From Malacoraja senta (lineage: Eukaryota): a stretch of DNA of 64,000 nucleotides. The DNA lies in assembly GCA_038087875.1 (NCBI GenBank), contig CM075989.1, forward strand, positions 9,240,001 through 9,304,000. Direction: 5' to 3'. The notes under the pieces are model-generated. The model had not been told where the DNA came from and searched no databases. It worked only from the letters and a program-made list of their open reading frames with translations. Below are positions 25,109 through 36,553 of this stretch, piece by piece. Each line of letters starts with the position of its first letter. The first letter of the stretch is position 1. The translations under genes and the position numbers were made by a program.

Positions 25109-25680
25109 TGTGTGTGTGTATGTGTGTGGGTGAATGTCAGGTGTATGTCATTTTGATTTTGCCTTTGATTCGTTGGTCCGCCAAAACCACACGCAAAAAC
25201 TCCGAGAGTTTTACCATTTCGCTAGCGATATTACTTTTACATTCGCATATCCACTCCTCATTAAATTTCGTCATTTTTTCTGTGCACATTTTTAATAAAA
25301 TCCTTCACCCCCCCACCCCACTCACTCATTTTGTCGCCTCCTGCTGGCCACCTTCTCATCGCGTGCCGCGCGACCATAACGGCTGCTGCCACCCAGCTCT
25401 CCTCCACTCCCCCCCCCCCCGGTGCGGCTCTGTCACGCTGGCGGAAGGCAGAGATCAGCTGGTCCCCCGCTGTTTTTCGACGTCCTCGCTGCCGGCTCGC
25501 ATGCTTGCACTGTCCGAAAATCACGCACGTCAACGGCCTGTCGGCCCGCAGGCGCATTGAGGGCGTACGCAGCATCTTGACATCGTACGCAGCGTCTTGA
25601 TGTCGTACACAGCGTCTTGACGGCGTACGCCTAGCGCATGGCATTGCGCAATGACGTCAGGCAGCGCCCCCTTGCAACCG

Positions 25681-26255
25681 AGAATTAATGGTAAAAATCA
25701 CGAAAGAAACATGGGAAAAGCATTTGATATATATACACAAATGTTCGATTAATGTAAGACATAACTTAATTCAATTTAAAATTCTACATAGATTATATTA
25801 TTCAAAAACTAGACTGAATAAATTCTATCCAAATACTTCTCCCATTTGTGATAAATGTTTATCTCAAAATGCCACTATAACACACTCTTTTGTTTCCTGC
25901 ATAAACCTTCATAAATTCTGGAGCGATATCTTTGAAATATTTACAAAATTATTCAAGATAAAAAATGGAGCCTAACACTGAAATGATTATACTTGGAGTA
26001 ACGGAAGACGGGAACAAATTGAACACATTTCAAAATTCATTTTTAAATTATGGGTTAATAATGGCAAAAAAACGTATACTTAAATTTTGGAAAAATACAC
26101 CCATACCAACGCTTAAAATGTGGATTTCAAACATGTTGGACACCGCACATCTTGAAGAAATACGATTCCTCCTAACAGACAAACCAGACCAATTCTTAAC
26201 GAGTTGGTCTCCATTTATCGACTTCTTGGAAGCATGTGGTGCAACAAAATCGTAG
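25681..26255 (+). pseudogene. L1 ORF2p C-terminal part including the cysteine-rich knuckle
   Basis: ELMVKITKETWEK, LIQFKILHRLYY, CDKCLSQNATITHSFVSC, AKKRILKFWK and WSPFIDFL. Confidence 0.9.
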
Positions 26256-26562
26256 AAACCAACTGTTTCAGGACTGGGTGAAGGATGGTCAAGAATATAA
26301 ATAACTATCTCCTATAATCTCCTACTCTCTACTCTTTCTCTTTCTCTTTTTTTTTACTTCCCCTCTTTCCCCCCTTTTCCTTTTCACACACCAACACATC
26401 ACACATTTTTCTATTTTTTATTACCTATTCTTTCTTTCTCTCTTTTATTATTTAAAAAAAATATGAAGCTGTACATAAAATGTAACCTGCCAATATATAT
26501 TAGGCACCTTGGTGCCACATTACTGTACTTACTTCTAATAAATTTAAAATATTTTTAAAAAA

Positions 26563-26822
26563 AAGGAACTGCAGATGCTGGTTTAACTGATGCTTAGGGA
26601 AGTATATCTGTCCTCTTTAGATAGACACAAAGTGCTGGAGAAACTCAGTGGGGCAGGCAGCATCTCTGGAGAAAGAGAACAGGTGTTGGTTTGGGTCAGA
26701 ACCCTTCTTCATTCAGTCTTTGGAGACTCCTTTTCTCTAGAGATACTGCCTAATCCACTGAGTTGCTCCAGCACTTTGTGTCTATCTTTGGAATAAACCA
26801 GCATCTGCATTTCCTTCCTACA
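26563..26822. mobile_element. Penelope-derived foldback element, the host of the L1 insertion
   Basis: Left arm AAGGAACTGCAGATGCTGGTTTA...AGTGCTGGAG and inverted right arm CTCCAGCACT...TAAACCAGCATCTGCATTTCCTTCC. The left end continues at 15775-15800. Confidence 0.75.
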
Positions 26823-27692
26823 ATATCTCTCCTCTTTACCTGGTGTGGCATATATGTGGCCATAAATCTATCTGGTTGACTTTCAAATGCCCTCTGAAAT
26901 GGCAGTTAGGAAGAGGAAATGTGGCCAGAATCGTGCTCTCCTTATTTTCCACCCTGCTGCTTTTGCTGGAACTGTATGTGAATTGCATGGAACAGAATGA
27001 GTTGGCTGTGTTGCCTTAAAATAGATGGCTGACTTGATCAGCTCCACAGAGCATGAGGAATTTGAGAGCCAAGCTTGCCTCTTCTCTCTCCCTCGCTTCC
27101 CCCATCCCAGCATTTTGTTTCTGATATTTATATATGTGTTAGTGGAAACGTGTCTGATTTATCCCTCTCTAGAGTTGCTGAGGAGAATCATAGAACACCT
27201 ACTGACAAGTCAGCTGCCACAGATTCTCAGAGCACCAACACAGAAAACCCCAGTAACTTGGGACTTTTGTGTTACGTGAGGTTTAGTCCCACACAAGGTA
27301 GGAAATTTACAGACTAAACCAAGAAGGAATTTAGGACTTTTGCAGATGTGAAACAGACCTGAAACTGTGGTATTTGTCCTGCACTGAGGCAGCAGATACA
27401 TCAACAGGAATTTTCACAGGGTGGAATTGAGCAGACTTCCGCAAACTATCATTTGTAATCGTCACGTTATATGTTCGGTATATCAATACAAATAGTTCTG
27501 AGCACAACAGATCAGGAAAATCCTAAATGCTGATGGGGTAACAGGTGTCTAAGCTGGTTGTCTAAGTCTTGAATTTGGCAATTCTATCCACAGATTAATC
27601 AGTTGTTGTTTTTTTACATTCATGTTTCTGTCTCTGATGACATTTTGTTTTCTGTGCATTTGCAATAAAAATAGTGACAATAAAAGCATCAT

Positions 27693-27975
27693 TGTGTGTG
27701 TGTTCATGTGTCGGTCCGTCCGTGTGTGTGTGTGTGTCCCCATGTGCGTGTGTGTTTGTGTCGATCCGTCCATGTGTGTGTGTGTCCTCGTGTGTGTGTG
27801 TGTCCATGTGTGTGTGTGTGTTTGCGTCCGTCCATCCGTGTGTGTGTCCATGTGTGTGTGTGTGTGTTTGTGTCCGTTCATCCGTGTGTGTGTGTGTCCG
27901 CGCGTGTGTGTGTCCGTGTCTGTCTGTGTGTGTGTATTGTCTCCGTGTGTCCGCTCGTGTCCCCGTGTGTGTGTG
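27693..27975. repeat. Imperfect (TG)-rich microsatellite/minisatellite with TCC interruptions
   Basis: Directly visible; it explains the CV/HT ORFs. Confidence 0.95.
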
Positions 27976-29436
27976 CTAGAGAATGGATGTACATTATCAG
28001 AGCATTGACATGCATAACACAATCATCCACTCCATCACCAACAATATCTTTCCACATATGGAGTATTGCTAGTGTTTCAAATGCATTGGAGTCAACGATT
28101 TACTGCAGCATCTCATTACATCTTAGAAGAACATCAAATGATTCAGCTGCAGTTATTTGGATCTGCAACAACAAAAATGTCAGGAAAAGCTGCAGTCATT
28201 TTGCAGATGGCAAGGTCCTACAGGTAAATAGAAGCTCTGCCAATTTGATGCCTGCCATATAAGCAAGCAAAATAAGGTAGACATTTTGCTGCTTTTGTTT
28301 TAGACCACACAATAAATGCATATTTCGTTCAAGTGAAATAAATAATGGTATTTACTGATTGGCTGCAGCTCAGTGGGTGGTATTCTTGCCGCTTGGTTGG
28401 AAGATTAGAGGTTCAAGTATCACTTCATCTCAGTGTGGTTCGATTCATGAGGAGGTTTCCAGGGCTGGTTTGTAATCATGAAGAGAGACTGGCTAGAGAT
28501 TGGGGTTGTTTTCTTTGGGGGAGAAAATGAAACTGATTTGAGATTTAATTGAGGCGTATAAAATAATGAAAGACACGATGAACAAAATGGTTCTATTTTA
28601 GAGTTTGCCTACCCAGACAGAGTCTTGTGAGGCCCAAGTGCACATATTGTGACTGGATCAGGCCAGGAATTGGATAATTATAGGTGGCTGGATTCACACT
28701 GGATCAGGCTAGACTTGACAAATAAATACACTAAGGTTCAATACCTTATTTGGATCCTGAGTCAAATGGGACCAAAATAGGCAGGGATCAAAACAACCTA
28801 ATCCTCGAACTTGGGTAACTTTTAGCCAGGATAAAAAGAGCAAATGCTGAGGATAGTCAGCAGTTCAGACAGCATCAATGGAGAGAGAAACAAAGGGAGA
28901 GGGATAGAGAGAGCAAAGCGAATATGTGCGGTAGGGTGGAGACCAGGAAAGGCTGAATGCCACAGACAGTGTTGGTGCTGGCTGTGAGAGGTTTATTGCA
29001 GGCTTGTTAATCATAGCTGATGTTGTGTATTGTGGAGAGGTGAGATTGGAAGGAGATGAATGGGGAGAAGAAATAAAACAACACGTTGGATACAAAATAC
29101 TGAGCTTCTGCATTCTGAAATAAAAGAGAATGCTGGAATTACTCAGCAGCATCACAGGCGAGAGAGAGAGAAATAAATCTGAGTTAATGTACAGGTTGCT
29201 GAACTTTAATCAAAATTTGAGACTTTGGTTATCTATAATAGCAGGACAGCTGCAATCAACAAGCTTCAGATCCTTGGTCTCCATTCTTTTACATGTTTCT
29301 TCTGTTCTCTGCACTCTCCCTCTTTTCCAGATATCAAAACACTTGCAACCCAATTTTTCTTCATTCTGGTTCTCTCTTCACAGATGAGTACTTCACAGAT
29401 GAGCACTTCCGTTTTTACAAGCAAAATAAAGTACTT

Positions 29437-30062
29437 GTAGAAACGAGGCAACGCAGATGATGGTTTACACAAAAGGACACACACAGTGCTGGAGTAAGTC
29501 AGCAGGTCAGGCAGCATCTCTGGAGAGCATGGATAGGTGAGGTTTCAGATCAAGACGTTTCTGGAGAAGATTAATATTAAGTGGAATTAAGTGGAATGCC
29601 ACTACAAATATCCTCAAATTTATGTTGGATGTCAACAGAAGATCACCCAAGCAATAGAGTAATGTTTGAAGAATTGTCTGGAGAGGAAGAACAATTGTCT
29701 GAAGAGGGTCCTGACATAGAAACATAGAAACATAGAAAGTAGGTGCGAGAGCAGACCACCAGGTCCATCGAGCCCGCACCGCCATTCGCTCATGGCTGAA
29801 CACCAAACAAACACCCCTACCCACAAACAGTAGACACAAGACACAGAACACAAGACACTACCCTCCCCTTTATACCGCTATCACCCCTCTCCACCCCAAG
29901 AACCGCGTGATCTCCTGGGGGAGGCAAAAAACCGGATAAAAACCCAGGTCCAATTCGGGAAAAAAAATCCGGGAAATTGACCCGAAACATCACCCATCCA
30001 TGTTCTCCACGGATGCTGCCTGACCCACTGACTTACTCCAGCACTTTGTGTCCTGTTCTGTT
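29437..30062. mobile_element. Penelope-derived foldback with internal cargo; its hammerhead core is disrupted by a CR1 3' UTR insertion (~29716-29977, minus strand)
   Basis: Inverted arms flank CTGAAGAGGGTCCTGAC|insert beginning ATAGAAACATAGAAAC|TGACCCGAAACATCACC. Confidence 0.72.
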
Positions 30063-30921
30063 TACACTTCCTGACCTTGTTACTTGTGTTAGCCTGGTGC
30101 TGCTTTATATTGATTGCAAATTGTTTTATTGACTAGTGGCTGACAAATATCATTGTTCGTCAGCATCCAACTTTTGCTTGATCACATTGCAATTGCCTTT
30201 TAACTGAATGTTAATATAAACTATGTTCATCACTTAATCCACTAAAGTGGTACAGCATTGGGAGACAGGTTTTACTGAAACACAGTGCTTTTCCATTATC
30301 ACTTAAGTGTATCTCCTCTTCAACTCCAGCTGGGATTCCCGACCCTCTCCATTCCTGAATGAATCCTGGAGGCGTCTACTCTCTGTAACCGCATCACTCA
30401 GTCCCCAGTCCTTCCCTGTGGGAGGTAGAATCAAGCTATTTTTTCGGTTTCAACGGAGGCATTAAGAACCTTTGGGATATTTTTCTGTCCTCATTTAAAT
30501 TCCAGGTCTCTGCTTGGAGTAAACCAGGACAGCACTAATGGTTCCACAATTGGGTAATGACAGCAATGCAGGTATCCAGCAGTCCTGGGTGTTGAAAGAG
30601 GTCTGAGTAAAATATATTAACTTCTCCTCCGAGAAAAAACATGGATATGGAAGGGATACTGTTAACATGTAGATAGCTTACTATTGCACATGGAGTTAAT
30701 TATTGCCCAATAGCACAAGTGTGTATAAGTAGTTTAGATATTACTTTGTCACTGGACTTGGTTTTCTTGGTTGAGTGCTTATTCTGGCGTTACAGCGCAA
30801 GTACTTTGTGTTTTAATATTCATTTCCTAAAATAACTATAATTGTTTGGATAAATCATCTGGGATTCACCTCATGATATGGACAGACAATGTCTGACCTG
30901 CAAACGTATCTGTCTCCCTAA

Positions 30922-31496
30922 AGGCCCTGTCCCACGGGCAGGCAGTTACTGGTCGCCAGAAGCGGGGACCGCGCGGCTACCGCGAGAGCGCCGCGCGTAT
31001 GCCGCGGGAGCACCGCACGGATGCCGCGCGTATGCCGGGTGATCACCGCATGGCCTGTCCCACGAGCGCGGCGTCGGGTGATGACGACATCGCGCAACGC
31101 AACGCGCTACGCGATGACGTCAATTCAGCTCGTGGCGCTGTGGCGGTGCTAGTGGTGCTCACGGAGCACTGGCGGCGGCTGTGGCGGTGCTAGTAGTGCT
31201 CACGGCGCTCACGGCGCACTGGCGGTGGCTGTGGCGGTGCTCGTGCCGCACTGGCGGTGGCTGTGGCGGTGCTCGTGCCGCACTGGCGGCGGCTGTGCGG
31301 CAGGACAAAATTTTTGAACGTTGTCGACTTTTTGTGAGCACCGTGCGGTGTTGGTCCCAACACCGCACGGTCCCGGCGGTGTGCGTGGGACCGACCCCGC
31401 GGGCCATGCGCGGTCTCTAGTGGTCCACGAGCGGTCCCAACTTCCTGCTTCACTGCCAGTAACCGCCAGTAACCACATACCCGTGAGACAGGCCTT
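30922..31496. mobile_element. PIF/Harbinger-type MITE, GC-rich, with an internal GGCGGTG-type minisatellite
   Basis: TIRs AGGCCCTGTCCCACGGG / CCCGTGAGACAGGCCTT. TAA TSD at 30919-30921 and 31497-31499. Confidence 0.85.
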
Positions 31497-32701
31497 TAAA
31501 TATGTGCATTCCTCAATCAGTTGTGTCAACCTTCTGCTCGAAGTCTCTTTGCTTCCTTTAGGTCGCTCTCTTGCCTCTGCATGGCCATTATGTTTTCTTT
31601 CCTCAGTTCAAATCATTACTCATTTGCTATTGGCTGCAGCTTAGTACATATCTTGTCATTTTAATTGACGGGTTGCTCTTATATCTGCAGGTGGGCAACA
31701 CATGCCACAACATGCCCCCGGCACTGAGCTATTTTGGCATGCATCTCACTCTCCATCCATTATATTTGCAGCTAAACCTCGGATTTTCTGCTAAGTCTCA
31801 GTCTGGGTGTGTTGAGGTTCTGTCTGAAGTTTCTGAATTTGTTGCCTTGTCTTCATCACGTCCGTCTAGATGTTTTTTGCTCGTGTTTGCTGTAATTTGC
31901 AGCTCCACTGACTTTCGGGACTTGCCATTAAACATACTGGACATTGACATGTGGAATATGTGGAGCAGTAGTGGAGATGTTTCATTCGTGTCCTTTCATC
32001 ATGCATGTCTTCAATCCTTTCCCGTGGGAAATGTCACTATCTTAGCCATTTGAATCACGGCAATTACCGTCTATGCCCCAGAAACATCAATAGCCTACAG
32101 GATAAATTATTTATCCTTATTTTGATCATAGGCTGGACTTGGTCTGATGTACTGTGTCTTCACATATGGACAATTGCCCCGAGGGTGGTATACAACAGTC
32201 TTTGACATCAGAGAAGGAATAAGTCAAGCTTATTCCATGAGAAAATCATTGATAAGAAATATTGGATGGATTAAAATGAGAACTTGTAATATAGCTATCC
32301 TGCACTACACCTATGTGTGTTGATGGGTGTATCCAGGTCTATTTCCCCAATGAGTGATCATGCTGGCAGATGTGTTACTGAACCACATAGGCCAAGTTTC
32401 CACACTCATTGAATCCATCTTGGGGACATCTAACATAATATAAAAGATAGGAGCAAAGTTAGACCATGCAGTCCCTTGAGTCTAATCTGTCATTCATTAA
32501 ATTCATGACTGATATGACTTTAACCATGTTTTCCTCTGTCCCCCAGTGCCGTCACAATGTGACTGACAATCAATGAGTCCAGCAACTATGGTTTTTGTCC
32601 GTCAGTGGTGGCCACACTGGTTTATACATGTGTCTGTGGATGATGCAAGAGATGGGATGGGAGGGATTTGCATTGCCTCTCCTTGTGTAATTACAGAGCT
32701 A

Positions 32702-33021
32702 GGGTTGCATGGTGGCGTATCGGTAGAGCTACTGCCTTACATCGCCAGAGGCTCGGGTTCAATCCTGACTGTGGGTGCTTGTCTGTACGGAGTTTGAACG
32801 TTCTTCCCGTAACCTGCATGGGTTTTCTCTGAGATCTTCGGTTTCCTACCACACTCCAAAGACGTTGGGGTTTGTAGGCTTAATTGGCTTGATATGAATG
32901 TAAAATTGTACCTAGTGTGTGTAGGGTTGTGTTAATGTGCGGGGATAGCTGGTCGGTGCGGACTCAGTGGGCTGAAGGGCCTGTTTCCACTCAGTATCTC
33001 TAAAACTAAAAACTAAAACGA
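32702..33021 (+). mobile_element. HE1-type SINE, full length
   Basis: A/B boxes (TGGCGTATCGG, GGTTCAATCC) and a (CTAAAA)n tail. Confidence 0.85.
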
Positions 33022-33352
33022 AAGCTACTGAAGCCTCTGTGACTATTCCGAGGGAGAAAGCATAACCATAATACATTTTTGGTGCAAAATTCTACTCCTC
33101 CACCCAATGTGAGGGCTTTAAAAATAATGAGAACAAATCCATTTAATACTTTGGAAACTTGAAGATACAGACTGAAATAAAACAGAGGTTGGTTGTCATA
33201 CAGCAGCAATACTTCTGATGTTACAAGTTTGGCCTCAACCTTTAATAATGCACCAATGACCTGATTAAAACAAACTCAAGACATCATTATTTATATTACA
33301 TTCATGAAATGTGTTGAATTTCATTTGTCAGACAAGGTTTCAACAAATTCCA

Positions 33353-33597
33353 AGGTAGACAAAACTGCTGGAGAAACTCAACGGGTGCAGCAGCATCTAT
33401 GGAGCGAAGGAAATAGGCAACATTTTGGGCCGATCCCCTTCTTCAGACTGATGTAGGGTACATCAGTCTGAAGAAGGGTTTCGGCCCGAAACGTTGCCTA
33501 TTTCCTTCGCTCCATTGATGCTGCTGCACCCGCTGAGTTTCTCCAGCACTTTTGTCTACCTTCGATTTTCCAGCACCTGCAGTTCCTTCTTAAAACC
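33353..33597. mobile_element. Penelope-derived foldback element with 14-bp TSD
   Basis: Arms of ~104 bp (33352-33455 / 33459-33562) around a GGG loop. TSD TTCAACAAATTCCA at 33339-33352 and 33598-33611. Confidence 0.88.
33465..33498 (+). ncRNA. Minimal hammerhead ribozyme core (Penelope-like-element type)
   Basis: CUGAAGA-A-[GGGU UUCG GCCC]-GAA-ACGU-U: conserved core boxes, stem II with a UUCG loop, palindromic ACGU stem III. Confidence 0.7.
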
Positions 33598-34144
33598 TTC
33601 AACAAATTCCACTCTTGTCTACTTTGTCATAAAGTCATGCTGCATGGAAACAGGCCCTTTGGCCCAACTTGCCCACACCGACCAAGATCTACACTAATCC
33701 CACCTGCCCACGTTTGGCCCATTCCTTCTAAACCTTGCTGTTTCTATTTGAATGCTTTGAATGATCTCTACAATGACCAGGGTCACCTTATAACCCCATT
33801 ATTGTCTGTTAGCTTGTTGCATGAGCTCCGTGGCACCATGGGAAGAATCAGCAATGTTCTAGCTCAAGACTCTGCCTGGCAGACTTAGGCGTTGTGCTTT
33901 TTGTTAAGTATCTCTACTTTTCATTCTTTCCTTCCTATCTTGGAATCCATGTTGGGGTACCTTTTACAAACACTCTTAGTTCCCTTGTCCTGGTGTCTAT
34001 TTCTCATTAGCTCAGCTCAAGCAGTGAAAGTTGGGAGGGGAGAGGGGGACTGGAATAAACGACATCAAAGCCAGAATCTTTCATTCCAATACAAAAAGAA
34101 AACTGAAGAAGCAGGTAATCAGAAATATAAAGAGAAAGCAACAA

Positions 34145-34351
34145 AGGTAGACAAAAATGCTGGAGAAACTCAGCGGGTGAGGCAGTATCTATGGAGCGAA
34201 GGAATAGGTGACGTTTCAGGTCGAGACCCTTCTGAAGAAGGGTCTCGAACCAAAAATCACCAAAACCATCGCTCCATAGATGCTGCCTCACCCGCTGAGT
34301 TTCTCCATCATTTTTGTCCACCTTCGATTTTTCCAGCATCTGCAGTTCATC
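34145..34351. mobile_element. Penelope-derived foldback element with probable 8-bp TSD
   Basis: Centre CGAGACCCTTCT-GA-AGAAGGGTCTCG. AGCAACAA at 34137-34144 and 34352-34359. Confidence 0.8.
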
Positions 34352-34858
34352 AGCAACAAGCGACAACAACAGGTCAGGCAACATCTGTGCTGAGAGAAAA
34401 GCGGATAACAGTTGAGTTCAATGATCTTTGATCAGAACTGATTAAAAAATAATTGATCTAAATTGTTCACCCATTTTCCCACTCTGCAAATTTTTGCCTC
34501 CAGCATTTTCTATCATTATTTCTGATTCTTTCTTCTATCACCTCCAGTGCATCAGCAAGATAGAATCACCGGTGAGCAAACAGAACAAATCCCTGAATCA
34601 TTTCCCATTTATAAAGTAACACTCCTATTGTTACAGTGAGCGTTTAACTCTGGCTGAGACTCAGATATTCAGAACCAATTTCCAAACCTCACATTAAAGT
34701 GTGATCTAGCCTAAAACCATAAGACCAGTCCCTCAAACACACGATGAATTGTGCAAACACATGCATGTGTACCCATCAAGACCTAATGGTCTGTCTGAAC
34801 ATCATTGTCTCTTTACTATATTTCTCACCAGTAACTGTCTTTCTCCTCTTTAAACTTA

Positions 34859-35106
34859 ACGGCCTGTCCCACTTCCACGACCTAATTCACGACCTTTTTT
34901 ACTCGTGCACATTTTTCATCAGGGTAGAAAAACGCCCCGACCTACTTGATGCCACGAGTACCTACGACTAGCATCACAACCTACCTACGACCTACCTACG
35001 ACCTCCTATGACTTCCTACGACCTCGTGACGACCATACTGCGAGTATGAGTCAAGGGCAAACTCGGCAGAGGTCATGAATTAGGTCGTGAAAATGGGACA
35101 GGCTCT
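34859..35106. mobile_element. PIF/Harbinger-type MITE
   Basis: Imperfect ~37-bp TIRs starting ACGGCCTGTCCCAC / ATGGGACAGGCTCT. TTA TSD at 34856-34858 and 35107-35109. Internal ACGACCT repeats. Confidence 0.85.
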
Positions 35107-36324
35107 TTAGAAGGTTAAAGCCATTTATTGGTTGCAAAACTGTAGATAAGGAACTCCAGGCCATTTATCTGAGATTTTTTCATGCAACAGTTAATAACAT
35201 AAAGATTAAATCCCCCTTTTAATTCTTCCAAGGGTTAATCATGTGTAAGCTGTTAAGTATGTGCCACATTTATAGCATGTGTCATCTTGTGCATAAGTTA
35301 TGCTGCAGCCTAGACTTGCTGTAGATATTCCTCAAATACCATCACTATATAAAGCCATATTTACCTGTAGTATTTAAATATGTTTAGAAGAAGGACATTT
35401 ATTTTACTCTGGTTTGCTTCTCTCACCTCAACTTGTTGACTTCTTGCCACCTGTATCATTAGTTGTCATTATCCCTTTTCAAACGCAGAGGGTTCTGTAA
35501 CTCTCAAGGGCTTTAGTTCTTTTTCATTCCACATTACCAGCTTTGATGAAGAAATACTCTCTCCACTTGACACCGGCCCTAGAAATAGCTAATACTGCTG
35601 CACAGTTCAATAGGCAAGAGCAAAAACTGTTCTTTTTCTAAGTATTCTTCATATTGCTGAGCAGAAAGGTGCAAAATATGACTTAATTCATCACAAGAAT
35701 GTCAAAACATAATCAAATTTCAATTATAGTATGTCATTCTTTCGAAGCACTCTATGCAATATTTCATCTTTATCCTGGTCTACTCGATCATCCAGCCGTT
35801 CTCTGATTATTATTCCAGAGTGCCCTATCTCTCCTCTGTCGTACTTGACATTGGAGCACATGATGTGTTATAGAGTCTGTTGCTTTGTCTGTGTACACAA
35901 TCAAAGCCACCTAGTCTTCCTTCAGCCTCCTTCACATCTTGGTATTAATAGCCTTAAAGCTGTTCATGTTGGCAAATTTCCAAATTTATTTTAATTCCCA
36001 TTTTTCTGCTCTGCAAAACATTCACTTAATATTCCGTGCATGGTCCTTAAATAAAAGCCATTGAAATGAATACATATTCTTAAGTCAAGATTAATTGAAT
36101 AATACCAGGATTTTATTTTGAGGAGGATGAAGATATGGAACTTTTTGTGTTTGTTCTGTTCCATTATTGAGGGAGGTAATTGGCAGGGTTGCCCCTTGAA
36201 AATTATCCTTCAGTAGAGTGCCATCTGCCATCTGCCCGTGATCACATCTCCCACTCTGGAAAAGGAGGGACTGAGCCAAATATTTTCTCCATGGAAACTA
36301 TTGAAATAATCCAGTCACCCACGT

Positions 36325-36553
36325 TCACACACATGCACCAACACACACACACATACACACACACACATATGCATCAACACACATGCACCAATATATACGC
36401 AGATGCACACAAACATACATGCGCCAACATGTACACACGTGCAGACCAACATACACACGCACCAACATATACACATATGCGTATAAACACATACATGCAC
36501 ACACTGAAACACATGCACACACATAAACACATACATGCACACATGCAGACACA
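36325..36553. repeat. Degenerate (CA/CAT)-rich microsatellite
   Basis: Directly visible. Confidence 0.9.

Larger units (their letters stand above)
21151..25680 (+). mobile_element. Composite non-autonomous Helitron-like insertion with three related 5' modules
   Basis: Starts A|TC at 21151. Hairpin CCCGCTAACGGG at 22831-22842, then CTAG|T at 22862-22866. The module (TG)n-GCCTTTGATTC...ACCACACGC...CCATTTCG...ATAAAAT recurs at ~21170, ~22870 and ~25110. Confidence 0.7.
15801..26562 (+). mobile_element. Full-length but inactivated L1-clade LINE, interrupted by a Helitron-like insertion
   Basis: 17-bp TSD AAGGAACTGCAGATGCT at 15784-15800 and 26563-26579. Contains a CpG-rich 5' UTR, ORF1, a ~1.1-kb spacer, ORF2, AATAAA at 26537-26542 and an A-rich tail. 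Confidence 0.93.

Noticed and set aside
21504..25560. Long Pro/Leu/Ser-rich and Gly/Glu/Arg-rich ORFs (up to 778 aa)
   Set aside because: They are open in several frames on both strands only because the C/T tract lacks stop codons; no domain signal.
31500..32210. Possible decayed coding sequence (ORF 31571-32053, faint gag-like words on the minus strand)
   Set aside because: No motif could be established by eye; would need TBLASTX.
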